NCBI GenBank assembly: GCA_965261395.1
Contig: OZ253462.1
Coordinates: 4,448,001-4,512,000 of the forward strand
Origin: Candidatus Latescibacterota bacterium
GTDB taxonomy: Bacteria > Latescibacterota > UBA2968 > UBA8231
DNA length: 64,000 nt
Reading direction: 5' to 3'
Shown here: piece by piece, positions 47,932 to 58,070 of the stretch
How the letters are laid out: each line of letters opens with the position of its first letter
How positions within the stretch are numbered: the first letter of the stretch is position 1
Notes under the pieces: generated by a model
What the model saw: the letters and a program-made list of their open reading frames with translations, nothing else
The model's database searches: none
What the model was told of the DNA's origin: nothing
Position numbers and translations under genes: made by a program

Positions 47932-49227
47932 TCACGCGGGCCTTGGTTCTTTCCACAACCGAACAGTGAAGCGGTACTCTTCTTCGATGAGGTCGGGATC
48001 CGTGCCGTTGTGCTCTTGCATACCCCGAACAATCCTTCGTGGCACACCAAGCCCGTTGGCCTCAATGTATCGGTAGTCGCGCATAGTCTCTTTGAGCAAC
48101 TCGTTTCGAGTTGCTCGACATCCGTCGCGCATCTTTTCTACCGTCACTGATTTCGGCAACCGCCCAGGCGAAACGACCTCGATCCGGTCAGCATAGATAG
48201 AGAGTTCAATGTCAGTACCGATTATCGTGTAATCGCGATGCACAACCGCATTGACAACCGATTCTCGAATGGCCGGCAGTGGGTAGTCCCAGCGTTCAAC
48301 GCGCCTTGCGCCTTCGAGCCACGCCTCTATATCAATAGCGCGTTTTACGAACTCCATAGCCTGTTCAACGACCCCGCTTTCCACCTCTTCTCCACTTTTC
48401 GAGAACGTTTCCGGCAGAGGTGGATATGGCCGCGGAAGGTCAGCGTTCGGCAGTGTAAACAACGAAACTACGGGGCCACGCAGCATGGCTCGGGCCTTCG
48501 CGTCGTAATCTTTCTCGGTGCCAGAATACGCGGTAGCAGTGATGCCGGCTTGTTTCAGATACCTATTGGGGTTCTTGCCGAAGAGCAGCAAGCCGCCAAC
48601 AGTCCCCATGGCGTACCCTCGATCCCAAACCATCAGTTCCGTATTCACCAGCAAAGTTATCCAAGATTCGGTATCATCCTCCGCTGGGTGTTCCTGTTGG
48701 CGAATATCGCGAAAGTAATTGACCAACCTACGCAAATCAAAGTCCTCAAAAGACGAGCCCGGCAGCACCTTGCGGTCATACTGAATGCGCCCAGACTGCA
48801 TGTACAGCCGCATCTCCTCCTCGTCGCTGGCGTCGCGTGTCGTCGATCCCGCACGCACTTGCGTAACCCAAGCGGAGCCTCGCTTTGCCTTGTAGGGCTT
48901 GTCGGGAGAGTCCGCAGGAAGCGACACAATACCTATGATTTTCCCGTCGCTCCATGCAAATGTTTCCCAAACGGGCATTGTAGCTGGTCTAACATGGACA
49001 CGCGCAATTTCCATAACCCATTCTTCCGCCTTCTTGGAATCGCGAGTCAGTCCCGAGACTGTGAAATCGTCTTCCAGACCAAGAAGAATGTGTCCGCCTT
49101 CCAGATTCAGCAGGGCGGCGATCTCTTTGGCCAGTTGCTCCGGTTGTATGTCGTCCCGCTTGAATTCGACGCCAGAGTTCTCGCCATTGCGTATCAATTC
49201 TGCTGGTTCGGTTCTATTCATGCTCAC
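47932..49227 (-). CDS. AlbA_2 (Schlafen-like) plus HATPase_c_4/RecG-C domain protein
   Basis: GENSGVEFK, NLEGGHILLG, RESVVNAVVHRDY, SPGRLP, RNELL, GLGV. Confidence 0.88.
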   Translation of the reverse strand: MSMNRTEPAELIRNGENSGVEFKRDDIQPEQLAKEIAALLNLEGGHILLGLEDDFTVSGLTRDSKKAEEWVMEIARVHVRPATMPVWETFAWSDGKIIGIVSLPADSPDKPYKAKRGSAWVTQVRAGSTTRDASDEEEMRLYMQSGRIQYDRKVLPGSSFEDFDLRRLVNYFRDIRQQEHPAEDDTESWITLLVNTELMVWDRGYAMGTVGGLLLFGKNPNRYLKQAGITATAYSGTEKDYDAKARAMLRGPVVSLFTLPNADLPRPYPPLPETFSKSGEEVESGVVEQAMEFVKRAIDIEAWLEGARRVERWDYPLPAIRESVVNAVVHRDYTIIGTDIELSIYADRIEVVSPGRLPKSVTVEKMRDGCRATRNELLKETMRDYRYIEANGLGVPRRIVRGMQEHNGTDPDLIEEEYRFTVRLWKEPRPA

Positions 49228-49229
49228 CC

Positions 49230-51376
49230 TCAGAATCCATACTTTAGTCGCCGACGCTTAAAGGCCACCTCTCCTCCTTCGAGAATCTCCTCAACCAACT
49301 TTCGCACTGAAGGCGTATCGATTGAGCCTATATACTCGGGAGCGATGCGTGCCTGCCCTTCGTCGGCCTCACCCGCAGCGGTCAGCCCGAGAATCAACTC
49401 GGCGTCCCCCAAGACCGGAATGTTGGCGTTGTGAGTCGAAAAGAGAAACTGGCGACGACGTTTCCCCTCACGCATCCGGGGCACCACGCCCTCGGTAATG
49501 AATCGGTTATCGAGATCGTCCTCCGGCTGGTCCACGATTAGGGGAGCCTCGGATTCAAGTAGCAACAACAGCAGAACGGCGGTGGCCTTTTGACCTTTCG
49601 ACAGATCCTCAAGCGCCTGCCAAGAAGGCGGCTTGCCAGCGGGCGCAGTGTTGAGTTGGATCGCTGTCGTTGGTGGCAGCTCCAACTCCTCAATCTGCAT
49701 CAGAACATCAGGCGGGGCTTTGGCGAGACGCTCTGCCTGAGACGACGGGATTGCGTAGATTTTCTGAACCTCCTCCGCACCTGTTATGCACCCATTGACG
49801 AGTTCCGGCAACGAGAGATCTGGTACTTTCCTAATCTTTTCAATCGCCTCAGAAAGGCGACCGCCAATTTTCTCCTTGAGCAGATTGACGAGCGGTTCCC
49901 TGTTGCCTGCTGCGGTTACTTCGACATGGACACTGTCCCTGAGTTTAGTGTTCACTACCTTTGCGGCGCGGTTCACGAGCCTGAATTCCTCCGCTTTGAC
50001 ATCCTCCCACTCCGCAAGTAACTCACGTCGTCTCTCTACAGACTCTTTTTCCAATCGTTCGAGCAGGGGCAGGCGCTCGCGCAGCGGACGTAGACTTTCA
50101 ATCTCGCGCCGCAGGCGCATGAACTCCTCCCCATCCACGGCCGATTTCTGAAGCTCGCGCAGTATCTTGTTGTAAGTGGCTTCGACCTCGTGCTTGCGCT
50201 CGCCCCAACGGCTGCGAATTTCATCAATTCCTTCATCAGCCCGCTTGAGAGCTTCCTCATGCTGTCGTGCCACTTGCTCTATATCATGGCTCAAGCGTTC
50301 GAGTACCTTGTCCGCCCCGGCGATAATCTCCCTGCTTGGCAGCTCTTCGAGGGCCTTCGGCGACAAGAACACCCGATCAATCGGCAACTCTTGGCGGAAC
50401 ACCTCTAGGCACTCTCGCAACGCTTTCACTCGCTCGGGGATTGAATCGAGCACCTGTTCTTCCCGAACGAGGAGACTCTGCTCACGCAGGCGATCTTCGA
50501 GTCCGGCTTCCTGAAATCGCTTGAGCGTCTCCTCAAGACCTGGCAGCGTCAACAGTCTCTCGTTGATCTGCTGAAGCTCGGAGCGAACATCCATGATGGC
50601 CTGTTTCGTCTTCTGAAGCTCTCGTCGCAAGTCAGCCTTACGCCGGTCGAGAGACTCGTCGCGCTCCACGAAGCGATATAGTAGCCGAGTTAGCTTCTCA
50701 CGGCTCTTGGTAAGTTCCGAGATCTCGTGCTGACCATATACTTCGCCACGGGGTGCTCACGCCGGTACTCTGCGTTTTTATTTTTTAGAATTGGCCGCAG
50801 GTCATCAGGAGCGTCACCGACTGGACCGGGCAGAGAACAAGCCAACAAGTTGGGCGATTGCCAAGCGTTAATGCGCGATCGTCCCGACAGCTTGCGAAGA
50901 AGACCACCATCGGAGGCTATGTGGGCGGCGATACAAACTGCCCCCCAGTTCTGAGCCTCGTCTAGAAACTCCATGACATCGTACTGCCCTGTGGGCGACT
51001 CTTGGTGCTCTTGGTGGATTCCACAAGCCCCTAAAATCCGCTCCAACTCGTCGAGATCTATTTCAGGGTCAAATAGGCAGAGCAGATGAACCCCATCCTT
51101 AGTCACCGCCTCAAAACCGGGAAACGCCGTAATCCCGGCTGCCTTGGAATGCTCAATCAGGCTCGCCGCAGAGCGGACGCGATAGTGGTCCGTCACAGCA
51201 ATTGCGTCGATCTTCTGCTCTTGGCAGGCCTCAATGAGCGCTGCGTTATATTCGCTCTCGTTTGTAAACGACGAGGGTTTGTCATGTGCGACGAGGTATT
51301 CAAACGGATTCACTTGTAGCGCACACTTGAAGAAATGCGCTCCCGATGGAAGCTGTCTCATGTCCGTCTCATTCAT
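49230..51376 (-). pseudogene. PHP-phosphoesterase plus SMC-like ATPase (Ppl/TrlF-like), internally deleted and frameshifted
   Basis: AVTDH, PGFE, GVHLLCLF, AAH; jump near 50745 to EVYGQHEISEL in another frame; LSKGQK, IVDQPEDDLDN and STHNAN present, Walker A absent. Confidence 0.85.
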
Positions 51377-51431
51377 GGTTCCCTCCATCTCTATACGACT
51401 CTCATCCCTCGTTTTTTTGTTCCCGTTTTTG

Positions 51432-52676
51432 CTAGATAACCGTCCCCGACGGAATCACCGCGTCCTTAGGCACAACCACAATCCCGTCGCGGATGTGGTA
51501 ATTTGCCTCATCGGCCTCGACACCCCGGTCCTTGTTGGTGATGCAAACCCGCTCGCCGATGCGCGCGTTTTTGTCGATGATCGCGCCGGTAATCGTGCTG
51601 TTCGCGCCAATCCCCATATCTGGAATTCCTTGGGCGGCATTGCGCGCCCGATCGGCCGGCGACTCGTAGAAATCAGCACCCATGACGATCGTATTGGCGA
51701 TCCGGCAGTCGGCACCGATCATTGAGCGAATGCCGATTACTGAGCGTTCGAGCCGCGCCGAGCGAATAACGACCCCCTCGCAGACGATCCCACGCTCGAT
51801 GTGGCAATCTTCCAGTCTGGTCCCAGCCAAAAAGCGCGCGTGAGTATAAATCGGCGCGTCGGCATAGTAGAATTCAAAGGGCGGCTGCGGATCGGTCAGC
51901 GCTAGGTTGGCCTCGTAAAAGGAGCGTATGGTGCCGATGTCCTCCCAATAGCCTTCAAAGGGATGGGCGAACACCCCTATCTTGTGGATAGCGTCGGGGA
52001 TGATGTGCTTGCCAAAGTCATCTTGGTCATTGCTCATCAGCAGGCTAACCAGAACCTGCGGCTCGAAAATGTAGATGCCCATCGAGGCTAAAAAGCGTCC
52101 GTCGGGCAAGCACAATTCGTCTAGTTCGGCGTCGGTCTGTGGCTTTTCGCGGAAGTTGCGGATCCGCCCTTGGGCGTCGGCGTGCAAAATCCCCAGTGCC
52201 GGTGCTTCCTCGCGCGTCACCGGCTTGACGGCAATCGACACATCAGCCCCGCGCTCCCGGTGCTGCTCCACAAAGGCGCGGTAGTCCATGCGATAGAGGT
52301 GGTCCCCCGACAAGATCAGCACCTGCTCGGCCTTGCGCGAAAGCACCTGCCGGAGCTGTTGGCGCACCGCATCGGCTGTGCCCTGGTACCAGTCGGCGCT
52401 GTCTCGGGTCTGCTCGGCAGCCAAGATTTCGACAAAGCCATCGGAAAAGGAATCAAAGCGGTACGTCGTGCTGATGTGGCGGTGCAGCGAAGCGGAATTG
52501 AATTGGGTCAAGGCGAAGATACGGTTGACCCCGGAATGCAGACAATTGCTGATGGGAATGTCGATTAAACGGTACTTGCCGCCAATCGGCACGGCCGGCT
52601 TGGAGCGAAGCTGCGTCAACGGGAAGAGCCGCGCGCCCTGCCCGCCTCCGAGGATGACTCCAATGACGTTCCTCAT
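51432..52676 (-). CDS. glgC: Glucose-1-phosphate adenylyltransferase
   Basis: ILGGGQGARLFPLT, SKPAVPIGGKYRLID, WYQGTADAV, REKP, DFGK. Confidence 0.96.
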   Translation of the reverse strand: MRNVIGVILGGGQGARLFPLTQLRSKPAVPIGGKYRLIDIPISNCLHSGVNRIFALTQFNSASLHRHISTTYRFDSFSDGFVEILAAEQTRDSADWYQGTADAVRQQLRQVLSRKAEQVLILSGDHLYRMDYRAFVEQHRERGADVSIAVKPVTREEAPALGILHADAQGRIRNFREKPQTDAELDELCLPDGRFLASMGIYIFEPQVLVSLLMSNDQDDFGKHIIPDAIHKIGVFAHPFEGYWEDIGTIRSFYEANLALTDPQPPFEFYYADAPIYTHARFLAGTRLEDCHIERGIVCEGVVIRSARLERSVIGIRSMIGADCRIANTIVMGADFYESPADRARNAAQGIPDMGIGANSTITGAIIDKNARIGERVCITNKDRGVEADEANYHIRDGIVVVPKDAVIPSGTVI

Positions 52677-52850
52677 AACTGAAAACTCCCGATTGCTAAA
52701 GTTCGGCGTGGCTCCTCTAAGCGGCCTTATACTCATAGATTTTTCCCAACTTAACAAGCACGAGCCACAGACTGCGCACATTGGTCTGCCGCACAAAATG
52801 GCATATGTTCTGGTCTAACTTGCTGGTCAACAGCGAAGCGGGAATGCGAC

Positions 52851-53579
52851 ATGACGGGAAAATTACAGCACAAGACCGCGTTGATCACCGGCGCCGGCCG
52901 GGGCATCGGTCGGGCCATCGCCGAGTGTTTTGCCCGCGAGGGAGCGCGGGTGGCCATCGCCGATATCGACTCGAGCACCGCCCGCGCCACGGCCGCCGAA
53001 TTCGGCGCGTTGGGATTGGAAATGGACGTGTCGTCCAAAGCCTCGGTCCTCGCCGGCACGAGCCGCGTGCTCGACGAATTCGGCCAGCTCGACATCCTTG
53101 TCAACAATGCCGGCTATTTGGTCTATACGACCTTTGAATCGTGCAGCGAAGAGAACTGGGACCGCATCGTCGATGTCAACATGAAGGGCCCCTTCCTCTG
53201 CGCCCAAGCGGTCATCCCCCATATGAAGGCGCGCCGCCAAGGGGCTATCATCAACATGACTTCCCTAGCGGCCAAGACCGGCGGCCTAGCCGCTGGGCCT
53301 CCCTACGCAGCGGCCAAAGCCGGCGTCCTGACCTTAACCATTGGCCTAGCGCGCGCCCTAGCCCCCGACCAAATCCGCGTCAACGCCATCGCGCCCGGCG
53401 TCATCGACACCGCCATGACCTCCGCCCCCGAACACGACCAGCTCAAGGCCTCCATCCCCCTCGGCCGCCCCGGCCAGCCCGAAGACGTAGCTAACTGCGC
53501 GCTCTTTCTGGCTTCGGACGACGCGCGGCACATCACCGGCGAGACCATCGATGTCAACGGGGGGTTGTACATGGATTGA
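52851..53579 (+). CDS. Short-chain dehydrogenase/reductase
   Basis: TGAGRGIG, NNAG, YAAAK, DVNGG. Confidence 0.93.
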   Translation: MTGKLQHKTALITGAGRGIGRAIAECFAREGARVAIADIDSSTARATAAEFGALGLEMDVSSKASVLAGTSRVLDEFGQLDILVNNAGYLVYTTFESCSEENWDRIVDVNMKGPFLCAQAVIPHMKARRQGAIINMTSLAAKTGGLAAGPPYAAAKAGVLTLTIGLARALAPDQIRVNAIAPGVIDTAMTSAPEHDQLKASIPLGRPGQPEDVANCALFLASDDARHITGETIDVNGGLYMD

Positions 53580-53650
53580 TTGCGCAGGTGCAAACCACAC
53601 CCCAGGCACCGGCGTTGACCACACAATAAGAGCTTTTGTTGGGTAAAATT

Positions 53651-54427
53651 TCAGTCGCGCCCAGCGGCCAAGTCGCGCAATAAGGCGGCGTAGCCCGCCT
53701 CCCCTTCTCGTTCCCAGATCTCCAGTAGCACCGATCCGACGATGCCGATTTCGGCTTGGCCCTGTAGCTGGCGCATATCTTCCCCGCTGCGGAGGCCGAA
53801 GCCGACCCCCAGCGGCAGGTCCGTCGCCTTGCGGCAACGCGCGATAAAGTGATAGAGTTCATCGTCTAAGTCGGTCTGGCGGCCGGTTACGCCCTTGCGC
53901 GCCACCGCATAGACAAACCCTTTGGCTTGGGCACCGATCTGCTGCAGTCGCTGGTTGGTGTTGGTCGGAGTCATCAGCACAATCGGCGCTTGCTCCCACT
54001 CCGCGCTTGCTGCCCGCAGATCGCCGTACTCTTCGACCGGCAAGTCGGGCAGGATAAAGCCGCAGGCCCCGTTTGCTGCCAAGCGGCGACAGAACGGGCC
54101 ATGCCCTAAGCGGAACGCCGTGTTGTAGTAGCCCATCAGCAAATGCGGAAAGGGAAAAGACGCGGTCGAACGCTGCATCAGGTCGAAGTACTGGTCGAGG
54201 GTCAGGCCGTTTTCGAGGGCCTGTTGGTTAGCTCGCGCAAAGGTCGGCCCGTCGGCGATTGGCTCGCTAAAGGGCATCTGTAGCTCGACCAGATCAATAC
54301 CGACATCGGCCATGATCTCCAGCATCCGCCAGTTGGCCTCTAGCGAGGGGAAACCGGCGATCAGGTGCGTCATTAGCAGAACTTTGCGCTCTGTGAGCTG
54401 CTCTTCGATATGGGCTTGCAGATTCAC
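53651..54427 (-). CDS. trpA: Tryptophan synthase alpha chain
   Basis: ELQMPFSEPIADGPT, LMGYYN, ILPDLP, GVTG, VGFG, IVGS. Confidence 0.95.
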   Translation of the reverse strand: MNLQAHIEEQLTERKVLLMTHLIAGFPSLEANWRMLEIMADVGIDLVELQMPFSEPIADGPTFARANQQALENGLTLDQYFDLMQRSTASFPFPHLLMGYYNTAFRLGHGPFCRRLAANGACGFILPDLPVEEYGDLRAASAEWEQAPIVLMTPTNTNQRLQQIGAQAKGFVYAVARKGVTGRQTDLDDELYHFIARCRKATDLPLGVGFGLRSGEDMRQLQGQAEIGIVGSVLLEIWEREGEAGYAALLRDLAAGRD

Positions 54428-55674
54428 GACTGGGCGGCCTTTTCCACGAGGAAGCGCTGCCAGTTTTCGTCCTCGAGCGCGCTGGCAATCGTGAAAATGT
54501 CCTTGTCGCCGCGACCCGACAGGCCGATCAGCACGGTTTGGTCAGGCGTCATTTCACCCACTTCGCGCAGGGCACCAGCCAAGGCGTGAGTACTTTCGAG
54601 CGCGCCGATGATCCCCTCGCTGCGCATCATCCGCTTGAGGGCTGCGATCACTTCCCGGTCGGTCGCGGCCTCAACGCGCACCCGGCCCATCTCGGTCAAG
54701 TGGGCGAGGATCGGGCTGACGCCGATGTAGTCTAACCCCGCCGCCACTGAGTGAGTGTGCCGCATTTGGCCTTCGGCGTCTTGGAAGAAGAAGGTCTTGT
54801 AGCCTTGGGCGACCCCGGGCGTACCGACGCGACCGGCTAGGCGAGAGGCATGCTCGCCCGTCTCCAGACCCCGGCCTCCAGCCTCGACCCCGACCAATTC
54901 GACGGCTGCGTCGTCGAGGAACCCCAAGAACAGGCCCGTGGCATTGGAGCCGCCGCCAACGCAGGCGTACACCCTATCGGGCAGGCACCCCACTGAGTCC
55001 AACATCTGCTGGCGGCTCTCCTCGCCGATAATCCGCTGGAAATAGGCGACGATTTGCGGGAAGGGATGCGGGCCGCAAGCCGTGCCAAGCACATAGTGCG
55101 TGTCGGCCATGGAATAGGCCCAATCGCGGAGGCTCTCGTTGATGGCATCCTTGAGCGTGGCCGAGCCATCGGTCACAGACACCACCTCGGCACCCAGTTG
55201 CTCCATCCAAAACACGTTGGGGCGCTGGCGCTCGACATCGACGGCCCCCATGTAGATGGTGCATTCCAGCCCCAAGCGAGCGGCCATCGTCGCCGTGGCC
55301 ACGCCGTGCTGACCGGCCCCGGTCTCGGCGATGACTCGACTTTTGCCCATCCGGCGCACCAACAAGCCCTGGCCCATGACGTTGTTGACCTTGTGGGCAC
55401 CCGTGTGGTTGAGGTCCTCGCGCTTGAGAAAGATCCGCGCCCCGCCGACTTCGCGGGAGAGATTTTCGAGCAAGGTAATCGGGGTCGGCCGGCAGGAATA
55501 CGTCCGCATCACCTGCTCAAACTCCGCCCAAAAGGAGGGGTCGCGGCGTGCGTCCTCAAAAATTTGGATTAGTTCGTCGAGGGTCGTGCGTAGAATTTCG
55601 GGGATAAAGGCCCCACCGTACTCCCCGTAGTACCCAGGGCGCTGGTGGTTAAAAATGGCGTCGGCCAGCCCCAT
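54424..55674 (-). CDS. trpB: Tryptophan synthase beta chain
   Basis: KREDLNHTGAHK, AETGAGQHG, CVGGGSNA, SGRGDKD. Confidence 0.97.
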   Translation of the reverse strand: MGLADAIFNHQRPGYYGEYGGAFIPEILRTTLDELIQIFEDARRDPSFWAEFEQVMRTYSCRPTPITLLENLSREVGGARIFLKREDLNHTGAHKVNNVMGQGLLVRRMGKSRVIAETGAGQHGVATATMAARLGLECTIYMGAVDVERQRPNVFWMEQLGAEVVSVTDGSATLKDAINESLRDWAYSMADTHYVLGTACGPHPFPQIVAYFQRIIGEESRQQMLDSVGCLPDRVYACVGGGSNATGLFLGFLDDAAVELVGVEAGGRGLETGEHASRLAGRVGTPGVAQGYKTFFFQDAEGQMRHTHSVAAGLDYIGVSPILAHLTEMGRVRVEAATDREVIAALKRMMRSEGIIGALESTHALAGALREVGEMTPDQTVLIGLSGRGDKDIFTIASALEDENWQRFLVEKAAQS

Positions 55675-55675
55675 C

Positions 55676-56920
55676 TCAGTCGGTCAGATTGGCGCGGCGG
55701 AGCGCGTCGAGCATGGCGCTGCTGCCCTGCGCCGCTTCCTGCTCCTGCTGCTGCCGCTGGCGGAACTCGGCGAGATGGGCCTCGGATTCGAGGGCATCGA
55801 CTTGGTTGATCGACAGGCGCAGGCGCTGGCGACGGACATCCACTTCGAGCACCACCACCTTGACCTCTTCCTCGAGCGAGAGAACCTCGCGCGGGTGGCC
55901 GATGCGGCGGTCGGCGATCTCCGAGACGTGCACTAGTCCACGCACGCCTTCAGCCAGCTCGACGAACGCGCCAAAATCCTCCAGCCCTTCGACCTTGCCC
56001 GTAGCGACCGTGCCGACCGCGAACTGCTCTTTGATCTCTTGCCAAGGGTCCTTTTCCAGCGCCTTGATCGAAAGCGATATCCGCTCCTTGCGCCGCTGGC
56101 CCAAGTCCTTGGTGCGCAAGACCGCGACTTGGATCTGCTGCCCCACCGCGAGGACCTCCTGCGGATGACCGACGCGCCGATGGCTGATTTCCGAGACGTG
56201 TACCAAGCCCTCTACCCCGGAACCTAAATCGACGAACGCCCCAAAAGACTCCAGCCGCGTCACCTTGCCCGCCAGTTGCGTGCCATTCTTTAGCTGACTG
56301 CGCACCAAGCCGGCGGACTTGTCCTGCTCGGCTTCGAGCAAGGCCCGGCGCGACAGGACGATAACGCGGCCCTGGTGGCGAAACTCGATAATCTTAAAGG
56401 TCAAGGTCTGGCCGCGGTACTCTTCGGCGTTTTCCACGTACTGGGTATCGACGTGCGAAATCGGGCAAAAACCGCGCACATCGCCCTCGATGGTCACGCC
56501 CAATCCCCCTTTGTTGACCGCGTCAACCCGGCCCTCAATCGGCAGCCCGGCCTTGTACGCTTGGTAGAGCAAGTCGGCCTGGGCGTCTTGGCGACTCAAC
56601 CCATGGCTGAGTTGGACCTCGTCGCCGACGGTCACTACAAACGCCGCGATCGGGTCGCCGACCTTGTAGCGCATTTCCCCATCCGGGCCTTTGAGCTCGC
56701 TGGTGCGGATTATGGCCTCGTCCCGACTGCCGTACTCGACAAAGCTGTTTTCGTCCTCGATTTTGACGATCACGCCGCTGACCTCATCGCCGACTGCGAC
56801 CTCATTAGTGGTCGGGGCTGTTGGCGCTCCTTCGGCGTCGAGCATCTGGGCAAAGTCCTCGCCCTGTGCATCGGGGCCTGCGGCCGGGGTTAGTTCGTCC
56901 TTTGAATCTGCCTCTGCCAT
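55676..56920 (-). CDS. S1 RNA-binding protein (four S1 domains, RpsA-like)
   Basis: FGAFVDLGSGVEGLVHVSEI and FGAFVELAEGVRGLVHVSEI repeats. Confidence 0.9.
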   Translation of the reverse strand: MAEADSKDELTPAAGPDAQGEDFAQMLDAEGAPTAPTTNEVAVGDEVSGVIVKIEDENSFVEYGSRDEAIIRTSELKGPDGEMRYKVGDPIAAFVVTVGDEVQLSHGLSRQDAQADLLYQAYKAGLPIEGRVDAVNKGGLGVTIEGDVRGFCPISHVDTQYVENAEEYRGQTLTFKIIEFRHQGRVIVLSRRALLEAEQDKSAGLVRSQLKNGTQLAGKVTRLESFGAFVDLGSGVEGLVHVSEISHRRVGHPQEVLAVGQQIQVAVLRTKDLGQRRKERISLSIKALEKDPWQEIKEQFAVGTVATGKVEGLEDFGAFVELAEGVRGLVHVSEIADRRIGHPREVLSLEEEVKVVVLEVDVRRQRLRLSINQVDALESEAHLAEFRQRQQQEQEAAQGSSAMLDALRRANLTD

Positions 56921-56940
56921 CGCCTACCTCCTTTGCTACT

Positions 56941-57912
56941 TCAATCCGGTATGAGGACGACCTTGCCGGTCGTCTTGCGCCCCTGCAAGGCGCGGTGGGC
57001 TGCAGCCGCGTCCGACAAGGCAAATTGCTCGCTGATGCGCAGCGCCAATTCGCCGCTGGCGATCCATTCCAACACCGCGCCGGCGCGTTCCAATAGCTCC
57101 TCGCGGGTTTGGATATAGTGCAGCATGGTCGGCCGAGTCAAAAAGAGCGACCCTTTGGTGCTGAGAATACCGGGGTCAAAGGGCGGGACTGGGCCGCTCG
57201 ACTGACCAAACAAAACCAAGTAGCCCAAGGGCCTGAGCACGTTCAAGCTCTTGTCAAAAGTCGCCTGGCCTACCGAATCGTACACTACATTGACCCCGCG
57301 TCCTTCGGTGAGTGCCATGACATCCTGTTCAAAGTCTCGCTCGGTATAGCGGATGACCTCGTCGGCCCCAGCGCCTCGCGCCAACTGCTCCTTTTCTGCG
57401 GTCGAGACCGTACAAAACACTCGCGCCCCGCACCGCTTGGCCATCTGAATTAGGAGCAGCCCCACGCCGCCAGCCCCAGCGTGGATCAGGGCCGTGTCTT
57501 CGCGGCCCAAAGAATAGGACCCATGGGCGAGGTAATGCGCCGTCATGCCTTGTAGCAAAGCGGCGGCTCCCACCTTATAGGAGGCTGTGTCAGGCAGAGG
57601 GACCAAGCGGTCGGCGGGCACGGCAGCCTCTGCGGCATACGACCCCATCGCCCCAGCATAGGCCACGCGATCACCCACTTGCACGCCCTCTACGCCCTCG
57701 CCGACGCGAGCGACGACTCCGGCGGCTTCCATGCCGGGGATGCAGGGCAACTCGACTGGGTACAGCCCTTCGCGGTGATAGGTGTCGATATAATTTAAAC
57801 CGATGGCTTTGATTTCGACTACGGCTTCGCCCGGCCCGGCTGTGGGCGCGGGTACGTCCTCATAAGTGAGGACCTCAGGACCTCCGCACTGGTGGAAACG
57901 CACTGCTTTCAT
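56941..57912 (-). CDS. qor: NADPH:quinone oxidoreductase (zeta-crystallin family)
   Basis: GLNYID, LLQGMTAHYL, HAGAGGVG, YDSVG, SLFLTRP. Confidence 0.92.
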   Translation of the reverse strand: MKAVRFHQCGGPEVLTYEDVPAPTAGPGEAVVEIKAIGLNYIDTYHREGLYPVELPCIPGMEAAGVVARVGEGVEGVQVGDRVAYAGAMGSYAAEAAVPADRLVPLPDTASYKVGAAALLQGMTAHYLAHGSYSLGREDTALIHAGAGGVGLLLIQMAKRCGARVFCTVSTAEKEQLARGAGADEVIRYTERDFEQDVMALTEGRGVNVVYDSVGQATFDKSLNVLRPLGYLVLFGQSSGPVPPFDPGILSTKGSLFLTRPTMLHYIQTREELLERAGAVLEWIASGELALRISEQFALSDAAAAHRALQGRKTTGKVVLIPD

Positions 57913-58070
57913 CGTGGACCTTCGCGTGGGATGGGGGGCCGCTGGCGCGGCATCTTATCATTCAGTGATAAGCTTTTTAAGATAATCACAAAGCTCCCTC
58001 AAGACAAATTTGTAAAAATGGCGATTCGTGCATTTTTTATGATGTGAACTTGTATTCGCAAAGGAACGCC

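Noticed and set aside
48238-49434. 398-aa plus-strand ORF
   Set aside because: Antisense shadow of the AlbA_2 and ATPase genes
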